From Lachnospiraceae bacterium (GTDB lineage Bacteria > Bacillota > Clostridia > Lachnospirales > Lachnospiraceae), in NCBI GenBank assembly GCA_045531895.1, contig JAZSEW010000026.1, positions 27,492 to 91,491 of the forward strand: a stretch of 64,000 nucleotides of DNA, written 5' to 3'. Below, one piece after another: positions 28,381-37,213 of this stretch; positions within the stretch are counted from its first letter, which is position 1; the number at the start of each line of letters is the position of its first letter. A program made the translations under genes and the position numbers. The notes under the pieces are model-generated. The model was not told the origin of the DNA and searched no databases. It worked only from the letters and a program-made list of their open reading frames with translations.

Positions 28381-30435
28381 ATGAGAAATACAGATTTAAA
28401 TGTGAAAATATGGGAAATTGTAAGCAATGTTCCGGAGGGGCAGTTTGTATTTATTGAAAATTTAGAAACCGGAGTGTCAAACTGGTCCAGAGATGCGGTT
28501 GAGTTTTTCGGACTTCCGGGAGTCAATATAGAAAATACTAAAGATGTTATAAAGGTGTTGGTCCATCCGGATGATTTGGATAAATGGTTGCAGGAGATGG
28601 ATGAAGTGTTCTCTATGCAGAACGATGGCTTCTTCCTGACGTATCAGATAAAAAATGCCAAGGGGGAATATGTTCCCTGTACCGGAAAAGGAAAAATTCT
28701 TCTTGGAGAAGATGGAAAACCGTTGATTTTTACCGGCTCCATGACTATTCATCAGGGGGAAGAAGCGCATGATGCCATTACAGATTTGCCTAAATTCCAG
28801 AGCTTTTTAAAGAATGTCAGTGCGACAAAGAAGAAAAAGCAGGAGTGTCTTCTGGTGGCATTGGAAATAAAGCGGTTTAACAGTATCAATGCATTATATG
28901 GCTATAACTTTGGCAGCAAAACCTTATATGAGACCGCTCAGATTATGAAACGTGCTGTAGGAGATAATGGAAAGGTTTATCGTCTGGAAGGTGTCAGTTT
29001 TGGTATACTGTTCAAGAATAATGACTTAGAATATGCAAAAGAGGTATTTAAGGAAATCCGTGAGAATATGGCTGCATTCTCCCTGGATGGTTCTGCAGTA
29101 AATATTGAAATTAATGGCGGTGCATTATATACAAAGAACTATAAGGTAAGCTCCCAGACAGTATATTCCTGTCTGCTGTCTGCGTTGGAAAAAGCAAAAG
29201 ACGAAGATGCATATGATTTAGTTATCTTTGATGATGAATCTCATGAAACAAACTTTAAAATGTTAGAACTTCTGGATGCTATCAAGGCAGGCATCCGCAA
29301 TAACTGTGAAGGCTTCTATTTATGCTATCAGCCGTTTGTTTCCACAGTAACAGGAAAAATAATTGGTGCAGAGGCGCTAATCCGTTGGCGCAGCCCTATC
29401 TTTGGAGAGGTTTCCCCGGGACGTTTTGTGCCTCATTTAGAGTCTCATCCTTGCTTTTATGATTTGAGTATCTGGGTGCTTCGTAAGGCAATTGAAGATG
29501 CAAAGGAAGTTATTAAAGATATTCCGGGATTTTTTATTAATGTGAATATGTCTTACAGCCAGTTGGAACGACCGGAGTTTAAGCATGAGGTAATTGCCAT
29601 TCTGGATGAATTTGATTTTCCGAAAAAGAATTTGCAGCTGGAGTTGACGGAGAGATGCCGAAACCTGGATATGAATTATTTAAAGGAGCAATTAAGCTTC
29701 TTTAGAAATCATGGCATAAAGATTGCATTGGATGACTATGGAACGGGTAATTCCACTATTAATCTGCTGTGTGATTTACCGATTACCTGTGTGAAGATTG
29801 ACCAGACTTTTATTCTTCATATTCTGGACAAGACCAATAACAGAGTAGTGGTTGACTCTACCGTACAGTGTGCAAAGCGTTTGGGCTTAAATGTATGCTT
29901 TGAGGGTGTGGAGACCCGTGAAATAAAAGACTTTATCGGAAAATATTCCGCAAATTATCATCAGGGGTATTTTTACTCCCGCCCGGTAGAGTTTGAGAAG
30001 TTTAAGAATTTTCTGAATGACACATGGAGTGTCAGTGAGGTTAGCCTAATTAAGGGAAATCCAAAAGACAATTTTGGCGTAGACAGTATTCTTTCCATGA
30101 TTCCGGGTGGTTTTTTCATTTACGCGGATGATGAAAACGAGAAGATTCTCAGTGTTAATGAGATGCTTTTGGAAATTTTTGAATGTGAAACACTGGAAGA
30201 ATTTTTGGAATTGACTAAGGGCTCTTTTAAAGGAATTGTACATCCGGAGGACTATCTGGAGGTTAGCAGAAGTATTGCAAAGCAGATTACCGAGAATGAG
30301 TCTAATCTTGATTTTGTAAAGTATCGTATCATTACTAAGAATGGTACTGTGAAATATGTCAGAGACTATGGTCATCTGGTACATAATGACAGCGATGCTG
30401 ATTTATATTATGTATTCCTGGTGGAAGAGCATTAA
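28381..30435 (+). CDS. PAS / degenerate-GGDEF / EAL c-di-GMP phosphodiesterase with C-terminal PAS
   Basis: The EAL domain looks intact (GAEALIRW, QLELTE, DDYGTG, KIDQTF). The GGDEF-like domain has RLEGVSFG in place of GG[DE]EF. PAS-like segments sit at both ends. The start is set at the ATG at 28381 (the ORF is open from 28303). Confidence 0.85.
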   Translation: MRNTDLNVKIWEIVSNVPEGQFVFIENLETGVSNWSRDAVEFFGLPGVNIENTKDVIKVLVHPDDLDKWLQEMDEVFSMQNDGFFLTYQIKNAKGEYVPCTGKGKILLGEDGKPLIFTGSMTIHQGEEAHDAITDLPKFQSFLKNVSATKKKKQECLLVALEIKRFNSINALYGYNFGSKTLYETAQIMKRAVGDNGKVYRLEGVSFGILFKNNDLEYAKEVFKEIRENMAAFSLDGSAVNIEINGGALYTKNYKVSSQTVYSCLLSALEKAKDEDAYDLVIFDDESHETNFKMLELLDAIKAGIRNNCEGFYLCYQPFVSTVTGKIIGAEALIRWRSPIFGEVSPGRFVPHLESHPCFYDLSIWVLRKAIEDAKEVIKDIPGFFINVNMSYSQLERPEFKHEVIAILDEFDFPKKNLQLELTERCRNLDMNYLKEQLSFFRNHGIKIALDDYGTGNSTINLLCDLPITCVKIDQTFILHILDKTNNRVVVDSTVQCAKRLGLNVCFEGVETREIKDFIGKYSANYHQGYFYSRPVEFEKFKNFLNDTWSVSEVSLIKGNPKDNFGVDSILSMIPGGFFIYADDENEKILSVNEMLLEIFECETLEEFLELTKGSFKGIVHPEDYLEVSRSIAKQITENESNLDFVKYRIITKNGTVKYVRDYGHLVHNDSDADLYYVFLVEEH

Positions 30436-30451
30436 ATGATAAAATATGAAG

Positions 30452-30508
30452 AACAGTCTGTAAGAGCCTGCCTGAATGGCAGATGCTCCGACAGGCTGTT
30501 TTGTTGTA
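30452..30508 (+). terminator. Long hairpin terminator after the EAL gene
   Basis: aacagtctgt..gagc.ctgcc / ggcag..gctc..acaggctgtt followed by ttttgttg. Confidence 0.7.
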
Positions 30509-30590
30509 TTAGCCGGACTATTTATAGCGGATTTTGAATGAATTTTTACTGATTTACAAAGACTAAGAAAAATGGAAAGGAGAAATAATT

Positions 30591-30800
30591 GTGGAAAAAG
30601 AAAAGCAGCATACGATAGAAGCTATTTTGCAGGAAAAAAAGAGAGAACTGCAGTTAGAAGAGGCGTTTGAACTAAGTAATTCAGCATCTTTTACGGATTG
30701 TACCGGTTCGGTACCGGTAGCACCGGTGACTGGGGAACAGTGGAATAATTACGATGAATCCTATCACTTTCAACCTAAACCGGTGAACGCTGAGCGTTAG
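30591..30800 (+). CDS. Small hypothetical protein (69 aa)
   Basis: A GTG start lies 7 nt after the strong RBS aaaggag. The gene is flanked by its own upstream (30452-30508) and downstream (30836-30867) terminators. I recognise no family. Confidence 0.35.
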   Translation: MEKEKQHTIEAILQEKKRELQLEEAFELSNSASFTDCTGSVPVAPVTGEQWNNYDESYHFQPKPVNAER

Positions 30801-30835
30801 CATCGGTAAAAAAACAGCAAAGGAAAATACTGGGA

Positions 30836-30867
30836 AAGACATCCGGGGTTGCAGGATGTCTTTTTTT
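30836..30867 (+). terminator. Rho-independent terminator after the 69-aa ORF
   Basis: aagacatcc / ggatgtctt followed by ttttt. Confidence 0.85.
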
Positions 30868-30905
30868 ATGTTAAGATAACCACAAATTAGAAAGGAAGGA
30901 CGCAG

Positions 30906-32276
30906 ATGAATCGTTTTTTACATATCAAAATGACAACGACAAGAATTATTGTATTGGGTTTTTTGATAGGAATATTATTAGGTGGTTTTCTGCTGTGGCT
31001 GCCGATATCTTCTAAGGCAGGGAGGGACATTTCTTTTGTAGATGCGCTGTTTGTAGCAACAACATCCCTGTGTGTAACAGGTCTGACTCCGGTGGTTATG
31101 GCAGAACAGTGGAATTATTTTGGTCAGGCGGTTATTCTTCTACTGATGCAGTTTGGAGGCCTTGGTGTAATTACCTTTACGACTACGGTGCTGATGATGC
31201 TTGGAAAACGTATTACTTTAAAGGAACGTATGCTGATTCAGGACTCTTATAATCTGGATTCTATCTCCGGTGTGGTAAAGCTGACCAAGAGGATTATAAA
31301 AGGAACATTAATTGTAGAAGCCTGTGGTGCCGTTCTTTATGCTCTTGTATTTGTGCCGGAATATGGTATTCCGGATGGTATCTGGAAATCAGTATTTCAT
31401 GCAGTGTCAGCGTTTTGTAATGCTGGTCTGGATCTGGTTGGAAGTAACAGTTTTATTGCGTATCAGACGAATGTTATCATCAATGTGGCGACCATGCTGC
31501 TGATTGTGCTTGGTGGTCTTGGTTTTCCGGTATGGTGGGATATATTGGATGTAGTGAAACGTGCAGGAAAAAAGGAAATCCTTTGGCGGGATGTTTGTAA
31601 CAAGCTGAATGTACATAGTAAACTGGTGCTTGTGATGACGGTTTCTCTGATATTTGGTGGAGGACTGCTTATTTTGCTGTTTGAGTACAACAATCCGGCA
31701 ACAATTGGGCAGTTATCTTTTGGAAATAAAGTGATGGCCTCTTTATTTGAGTCAGTGACGCTTCGGACGGCAGGCTTTCAGTCCATTGCACAGGAGAATA
31801 TGACAGAAGCTTCAACTTTGCTGGCATTGATTTTAATGTTTATTGGTGGTTCTCCGTCCGGTACAGCCGGAGGTGTAAAAACCGTTACAATGATTATTCT
31901 GATTCTTTCTATGCTTGCGGCAGTAAAGGGTACCGATGAAGTGCGTGCATTTCACCGAAAAATTTCAGATAATTATGTGCGCCGGGCAGTGGCTGTGATT
32001 GTAGTGTTTTTTGTAGCCCTGGTGGCAGTGACAATGGTACTTTCTATTACAGAGAATGGAAGCTTTGTTGATATTTTATTTGAAGCAACTTCTGCAATGG
32101 CAACTGTTGGACTGACCAGAGGCTTTACAGGTTCGTTGTCACTGGCGGGGAAGTGGATCATTATTCTTGCTATGTATCTTGGACGCCTTGGACCGATTAC
32201 CATGGCCCTGGCATTTAATGCAAAGAAATACGAAGGAAAGAAGTCCTATGCAGAAGGCAAGGTTATCATTGGATAA
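30906..32276 (+). CDS. trkH: TrkH/KtrB-family potassium uptake membrane subunit
   Basis: 456-aa polytopic protein. Pore-loop-like motifs TTSLCVTGLT, FCNAGLD, RTAGFQS and IGGSPSGTAGGVKT. Confidence 0.9.
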   Translation: MNRFLHIKMTTTRIIVLGFLIGILLGGFLLWLPISSKAGRDISFVDALFVATTSLCVTGLTPVVMAEQWNYFGQAVILLLMQFGGLGVITFTTTVLMMLGKRITLKERMLIQDSYNLDSISGVVKLTKRIIKGTLIVEACGAVLYALVFVPEYGIPDGIWKSVFHAVSAFCNAGLDLVGSNSFIAYQTNVIINVATMLLIVLGGLGFPVWWDILDVVKRAGKKEILWRDVCNKLNVHSKLVLVMTVSLIFGGGLLILLFEYNNPATIGQLSFGNKVMASLFESVTLRTAGFQSIAQENMTEASTLLALILMFIGGSPSGTAGGVKTVTMIILILSMLAAVKGTDEVRAFHRKISDNYVRRAVAVIVVFFVALVAVTMVLSITENGSFVDILFEATSAMATVGLTRGFTGSLSLAGKWIIILAMYLGRLGPITMALAFNAKKYEGKKSYAEGKVIIG

Positions 32277-32304
32277 ATTGAAGAGCAAAACAAGGAGAAT
32301 CAGT

Positions 32305-32982
32305 ATGGCGAAAAGAAATGGAAATGGCAGAAAAGAATTTGTAGTATTTGGTCTTGGAAAATTTGGACTAAGTGTAGCAAAGGCACTGGCGGATAACGGT
32401 TGTCAGGTGATGGCAGTAGATTCTGAGCAGAGTAAAGTAGAGGAAATTGCAGAGGATGTAACCTATGCGGTTTGCACGGATGTTACAGATGCCGAGGCAA
32501 TTCATTCTCTGGGAATTCGGAATTTTGATGGAGCAATCGTGGCAATCGGAGAAAATTTGGAAGCAAGTGTGTTGGTAACCATTATTGCAAAAGAGATGGG
32601 AATTCCTTATGTACTTGCAAAGGCCCAGTCGGAGTTGCAGGCCAAGGTGCTAAAGAAGGTCGGTGCGGATAAAATAATTTTTCCGGAAAAGGAAACAGGT
32701 ATTCGTATTGCCAACAATTTAGTCAGTGGTAATTTCTTTGATGCTATTGAGCTTTCTACCAAGTACAGCATGATAGATTTGGATATCCCGGCGGAATGGG
32801 TGGGAAAAACATTGCGGGAGTTAAACCTGCGTGCTACAAAGAAAATCAATATTATTGGTATTAAAAGAAATGATGAGTTTGAAATTACACCGGATCCGGA
32901 CGCTCCGTTGCTCGTGGATGATGTACTGGTGATTATCGGGAAAAATCATACTTTGAGCAAACTAATCGGAGCGGAGGCATAA
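32305..32982 (+). CDS. trkA: TrkA/KtrA potassium uptake regulatory subunit (RCK_N + RCK_C)
   Basis: Rossmann motif VVFGLGKFGLSVAKAL and a C-terminal RCK_C-like segment. An RBS (aaggaga) precedes the ATG at 32305. The upstream part of ORF 32167 overlaps trkH. Confidence 0.9.
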   Translation: MAKRNGNGRKEFVVFGLGKFGLSVAKALADNGCQVMAVDSEQSKVEEIAEDVTYAVCTDVTDAEAIHSLGIRNFDGAIVAIGENLEASVLVTIIAKEMGIPYVLAKAQSELQAKVLKKVGADKIIFPEKETGIRIANNLVSGNFFDAIELSTKYSMIDLDIPAEWVGKTLRELNLRATKKINIIGIKRNDEFEITPDPDAPLLVDDVLVIIGKNHTLSKLIGAEA

Positions 32983-32983
32983 A

Positions 32984-33766
32984 ATGATAACCAGTACATC
33001 CAATGTGCAGATTAAACAAATCATGGCACTATTAAAAAAAAGTAAGGAACGAAAAGAGCAGAAAGCCTTTGTAATTGAAGGAAGAAAGATGTTTGAGGAA
33101 ATCTGTCAGGAAAAAAGCAGGATAATTAAGGCATATTTTTCGGACAGTTATGTAAAGGAGCAGTATGAGAACCGGAAACTGCCGGAGGTACCGTATGAAA
33201 TAGTGGCAGATTCTGTATTTGATGCAATGGCAGAAACCGTAACACCTCAGGGAGTACTTGCTATTGTAAAAATGCCGGAATATTCTCTGAAAGATATGAT
33301 TGAAGATGCGGGAACGCTGGTATTACTGGAAAATCTGAGAGATCCGGGAAACTTAGGAACAATTATCCGTACGGCAGAAGCAGCAGGTATATCCGGAGTA
33401 ATTTTAAGTAAAGAATCGGTGGATATTTATAATCCGAAGGTTATACGCTCCACTATGGGAGCAGTGTATCGTGTACCATTTTTATATGTGGAGGACTTTA
33501 TGGCACTGCTTGGTGAGCTTAAGGAAAAGAAAGTGCGTTTGCTGGCTGCTCATCTGAATGGCGACAAAACTTTCGACAAAGCAGATTATAGTGGTAAGGT
33601 AGGGATTCTTATCGGAAATGAAGCAAATGGTCTTTCGAAGGAGGCAGCAGAGCTTGCAGATGAAAAGGTATTGATTCCGATGGCCGGTAGTGTAGAATCA
33701 TTAAACGCTGCGGTAGCAGCAGCTCTTTTAATGTACGAAGCTTTTCGAAAGCAAAAATTATCATAA
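32984..33766 (+). CDS. TrmH-family (SpoU) RNA 2'-O-methyltransferase, RlmB/YsgA-like
   Basis: LENLRDPGNLGTIIRTAEAAG, GNEANGLS and SLNAAVAAALLMYE are SPOUT motifs. Confidence 0.85.
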   Translation: MITSTSNVQIKQIMALLKKSKERKEQKAFVIEGRKMFEEICQEKSRIIKAYFSDSYVKEQYENRKLPEVPYEIVADSVFDAMAETVTPQGVLAIVKMPEYSLKDMIEDAGTLVLLENLRDPGNLGTIIRTAEAAGISGVILSKESVDIYNPKVIRSTMGAVYRVPFLYVEDFMALLGELKEKKVRLLAAHLNGDKTFDKADYSGKVGILIGNEANGLSKEAAELADEKVLIPMAGSVESLNAAVAAALLMYEAFRKQKLS

Positions 33767-33773
33767 TTGTAAT

Positions 33774-33815
33774 GGGAGCGATAAGATTTGTCGAATTTTG
33801 TCGCTCTCTTTTTTT
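33774..33815 (+). terminator. Terminator after the TrmH-family gene
   Basis: gggagcga / tcgctctc stem followed by a T-run. Confidence 0.65.
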
Positions 33816-33908
33816 GATTCTGTTCCTGATTTCGACAAAATATTACATAAGAAAAGGTGTAAGATTCAACTGGAAATAAAAGTAAATTTTAAAATTCAGG
33901 AGGAATTT

Positions 33909-34751
33909 ATGGGACAGACATTATATTATAGTACAATTACAGCATGTGCATTCGGGTGTGTATTGAGAGTAATATTATCAGGGTATTACAGAATATTGCT
34001 AAAAGCATTAAAACGTATGAAGACAACGAAGAATAAGTGGATGCAGAAAATGAAGGCACAGTTTATTTTACGATATCAGGCAATGTTAGGAGTACAGAAT
34101 GTAGAAAGCTTTGTGGAAAAATTTCTGGCAGAACGAAAAATTTTAGGAATTCCCCTTTCTAACTGGAACGGTTTACATATCCAACTGGTAAGTCTGTGTC
34201 TGCTTTTAGGAGCAGTGGCTGCCATGTATCAGTGTACGCAGAAAGCACCGGTGGAAAGTGTGATGATGACAATGTTTCAGGGAATATGGACCAGTGGTCT
34301 GTTGCTGCTGGTGGATGGATTTTGCATGGTACCGGGTAAAATTGATGCTTTGAAAAATGGTATGTGTGACTATCTGGAAAATTACCTGCAGATAAGGTTG
34401 GAGCATGAGTATCATGTTTGGGGTAAGAACAGGGAGGAACTCCGCCAGACCAAAGCGGTGCTGGATGCGCAGATGCAGGTAATTGATATGAAGGCATACC
34501 AGACACAGAAAAAAGTGGAGAGACGACAGGAAAAAGAGCAGGAAAAGCTGAAGCGTGCGGCGTTGAAATTGAAAAAGCGTGCAGTGGCAAAACGCAGACC
34601 GGAAGTAGAACAGAAAGTTCGTAAGGATGTACAGATGCTCAAAGAAGAGGTTGAAGCACGCAGAAGACGGGATGCTGAAGCACAAGCGGCGGCAGAATTG
34701 GAACGTACAGCGAGTCGCCAGGTAGAAGAAATTCTCCAGGGTATTTTGTAA
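33909..34751 (+). CDS. Hypothetical membrane protein with K/E/R-rich coiled-coil tail
   Basis: An ATG follows the RBS caggagga. There are about three hydrophobic segments, then ~90 aa of charged heptad-like sequence (KKVERRQEKEQEKLKRAALKLKKRAVAKRR...). The upstream part of ORF 33798 overlaps the trmH-family terminator. Confidence 0.5.
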   Translation: MGQTLYYSTITACAFGCVLRVILSGYYRILLKALKRMKTTKNKWMQKMKAQFILRYQAMLGVQNVESFVEKFLAERKILGIPLSNWNGLHIQLVSLCLLLGAVAAMYQCTQKAPVESVMMTMFQGIWTSGLLLLVDGFCMVPGKIDALKNGMCDYLENYLQIRLEHEYHVWGKNREELRQTKAVLDAQMQVIDMKAYQTQKKVERRQEKEQEKLKRAALKLKKRAVAKRRPEVEQKVRKDVQMLKEEVEARRRRDAEAQAAAELERTASRQVEEILQGIL

Positions 34752-34843
34752 AATTAAAAAATCAAAAAATTGTCACAAATTCTACACAAATATATGGTAT
34801 ACTGTTTTTGATAATGAACAATGTAAAGTACCTGGAGAAGAAA

Positions 34844-35590
34844 ATGGCAATAGAGGTTTTTAACCGGTATGAAAAAAAGTACCGGATTCGTGATGATACA
34901 TACTATAAATTAAGAGAGCGACTGGCTGAGAATATGGAGTCGGACGAGCATAGCCGGAATGGTGATTTTTATACGATATGTAATATATATTATGACACAC
35001 CGGATAATTATTTGATACGAAAATCCATTGATGGCAGCGCGTATAAAGAAAAGCTACGCTTACGCAGTTATGGCGTGAAAGCACCGGACGAAAAAGTCTT
35101 TCTGGAAATCAAAAAGAAATATAAGCGTCTGGTAAATAAGAGAAGAACAAAATTGGTGCTGGCGGAAGCTTATGAATATATGCAGAGCAAAGAACGTCCG
35201 GTGCTGAAGCCTTATATGAATGGGCAGGTATTAAATGAAATTGATTACATGATTCACCGCATGGATTTATCGCCAAAAGTCTTTTTGTCCTATGACCGTT
35301 GTGCTATGTTCGGCAGAGAAGACAAGGAGTTTCGTGTAACCTTCGATAGGAATATTACCACAAGACGTTATGATTTAGGGCTGCATTACGGGATTTACGG
35401 AGAGAAGCTGTTGGAAGAGGACGAGTGGATTATGGAGGTAAAAATTGATAAAGCAATGCCTCTCTGGATGACGGAGATTCTTTCTGAGTTTGAGATTTAT
35501 CCGGCGTCTTTTTCGAAATATGGAACAGAATATAAAAGATTTGTAGCAAATGGCTGCAAAATAAACAACAAAGGAGAAAATAAAATATGA
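34844..35590 (+). CDS. VTC-domain (polyphosphate-polymerase-like, CYTH/TTM tunnel fold) protein
   Basis: FNRYEKKYRI..., ICNIYYDTPDNYLIRKS, KEKLRLRSYG and VFLEIKKKYKRLVNKRRTKL match the bacterial VTC-domain pattern as I recall it. Confidence 0.75.
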   Translation: MAIEVFNRYEKKYRIRDDTYYKLRERLAENMESDEHSRNGDFYTICNIYYDTPDNYLIRKSIDGSAYKEKLRLRSYGVKAPDEKVFLEIKKKYKRLVNKRRTKLVLAEAYEYMQSKERPVLKPYMNGQVLNEIDYMIHRMDLSPKVFLSYDRCAMFGREDKEFRVTFDRNITTRRYDLGLHYGIYGEKLLEEDEWIMEVKIDKAMPLWMTEILSEFEIYPASFSKYGTEYKRFVANGCKINNKGENKI

Positions 35591-36270
35591 TAGAGCAAAT
35601 ATTTGGAGTGGCACAGGATACAACCATGAATGTGGGGCTTGCAATTACGTGTATGTTAGTAGCAGCGGTGTTTGGCTTAATTATTGGCAGTGTATATTTT
35701 ATAGTGTGTAAGAAGGAACAAAGAAGCTTAAGCTTTTTCTTAAGTCTTGTTATGATTCCTGCAGTGGTTGCTGTGGTTATTGCACTGGTAGGCAGTAATG
35801 TGGCAAGAGCATTTTCTATTGCGGGTGTTTTTGCACTGGTCCGCTATCGTAGCATTCCTGGGGATGGAAAAGATATTGCATTTGTGTTTATGGCAATGGC
35901 TTCCGGATTATCCTGTGGTCTTGGCTATCTGACGTTGGGACTTGCGGTGGTGCTAATTCTTTCCGTAGTGATTGTTCTGGTTAATTTTGCGGGCAGAATG
36001 CTGGTAAAGACAGACTGCAGGCAGTTACGTATTCTGATTCCGGAGGATATGGACTATCAGGGAGTTTTTGATGACATTTTTAAAGAATATGCTACAAAGA
36101 CTTCACTGGAAAAAATCAAAACAACCAATATGGGAACTCTTTATGAACTGACCTATTATGTATATTTGAAAAATGGTGTCAATGAAAAGAAGATGATGGA
36201 CAGTATTCGCACAAGAAATGGAAACCTGACGGTTATTTTAAGCAAGTTTGAACCGGTACAGGGATTGTAA
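35587..36270 (+). CDS. DUF4956-like membrane protein
   Basis: 227 aa with four N-terminal TM helices and a soluble C-terminal domain. There is an ATGA overlap with the VTC gene. The VTC+DUF4956 pairing is a recurrent bacterial arrangement. Confidence 0.65.
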   Translation: MIEQIFGVAQDTTMNVGLAITCMLVAAVFGLIIGSVYFIVCKKEQRSLSFFLSLVMIPAVVAVVIALVGSNVARAFSIAGVFALVRYRSIPGDGKDIAFVFMAMASGLSCGLGYLTLGLAVVLILSVVIVLVNFAGRMLVKTDCRQLRILIPEDMDYQGVFDDIFKEYATKTSLEKIKTTNMGTLYELTYYVYLKNGVNEKKMMDSIRTRNGNLTVILSKFEPVQGL

Positions 36271-36291
36271 CAGAAAATTAAGTAAAGATTT

Positions 36292-36331
36292 GAAGGGAAA
36301 GCAGAAAAGGGCTTTTCCTTCCTTTTTTTTT
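36292..36331 (+). terminator. Terminator after the VTC-DUF4956 pair
   Basis: gaagggaaag / cttttccttc (imperfect) followed by a run of nine T. Confidence 0.7.
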
Positions 36332-36379
36332 GTGCTATTATTAAAGATAAATTTATGTGAGGTGACAGGAGGAATACAA

Positions 36380-37213
36380 ATGAAGTTTACAAAGATGCAA
36401 GGTTGCGGAAATGATTATGTATATGTGAATTGCTTTAAGGAAAAGGTAGAGAATGGACCGGAATTGGCAGTAAGCATAAGTAACCGGAATTTTGGTGTGG
36501 GTTCTGATGGCTTGATTTTAATCTGCCCGTCGGAAGTGGCAGATGTGAAAATGATTATGTATAATGCAGATGGTTCTCAGTCACAAATGTGCGGTAATGG
36601 CATACGTTGTGTAGGAAAGTATTCCTATGACTACGGAATTGTGGATAAGGATATAATTACGGTGGAGACACTGGCGGGAATTAAGACATTGAGACTTCAG
36701 ATAGAGAATGGAAAGGTAGCCGGTGTTACTGTAGATATGGGAGCACCGATTGTAAAACCGGAGCTGGTTCCTGTTGTGGCAGAGGGTGATTCTGTTATTG
36801 CAAAGCCGGTGACAGTTTGTGGTAAAGAATATGAAATTACCTGTGTTTCCATGGGAAATCCACATGCAATTACCTTTGTTGAGGATACAACGGCGGTGGA
36901 AATTGAAACTATCGGACCGGTATTTGAAAACCATCCGATGTTTCCTGAACGGACCAATACGGAGTTTATTCAGGTACTGAGTGAAAACGAAGTGAATATG
37001 CGTGTATGGGAACGGGGAAGCGGAGAAACACTTGCATGCGGTACCGGTGCATGTGCCAGTGTATATGCCTGTATGCTGAACGGAAAGACAAAGGAAGAAG
37101 TTACCGTGCATTTGCTGGGCGGTGATTTAAAGATTAAATTTGACAAGGAGAGCGGCCATATTTTTATGACCGGACCTGCTGTGGTTGTATTTGATGGAGA
37201 ATTATTTGAATGA
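36380..37213 (+). CDS. dapF: Diaminopimelate epimerase
   Basis: MKFTKMQGCGNDYVYV, with catalytic Cys motifs SQMCGNGIRC and LACGTGACA. An RBS (aggagga) precedes the ATG at 36380. Confidence 0.9.
   Translation: MKFTKMQGCGNDYVYVNCFKEKVENGPELAVSISNRNFGVGSDGLILICPSEVADVKMIMYNADGSQSQMCGNGIRCVGKYSYDYGIVDKDIITVETLAGIKTLRLQIENGKVAGVTVDMGAPIVKPELVPVVAEGDSVIAKPVTVCGKEYEITCVSMGNPHAITFVEDTTAVEIETIGPVFENHPMFPERTNTEFIQVLSENEVNMRVWERGSGETLACGTGACASVYACMLNGKTKEEVTVHLLGGDLKIKFDKESGHIFMTGPAVVVFDGELFE

Noticed and set aside
30801-30905. c-di-AMP (ydaO/kimA-type) riboswitch upstream of trkH-trkA
   Set aside because: The region holds only a terminator and an RBS. It is too short and lacks the pseudo-symmetric ydaO motif.
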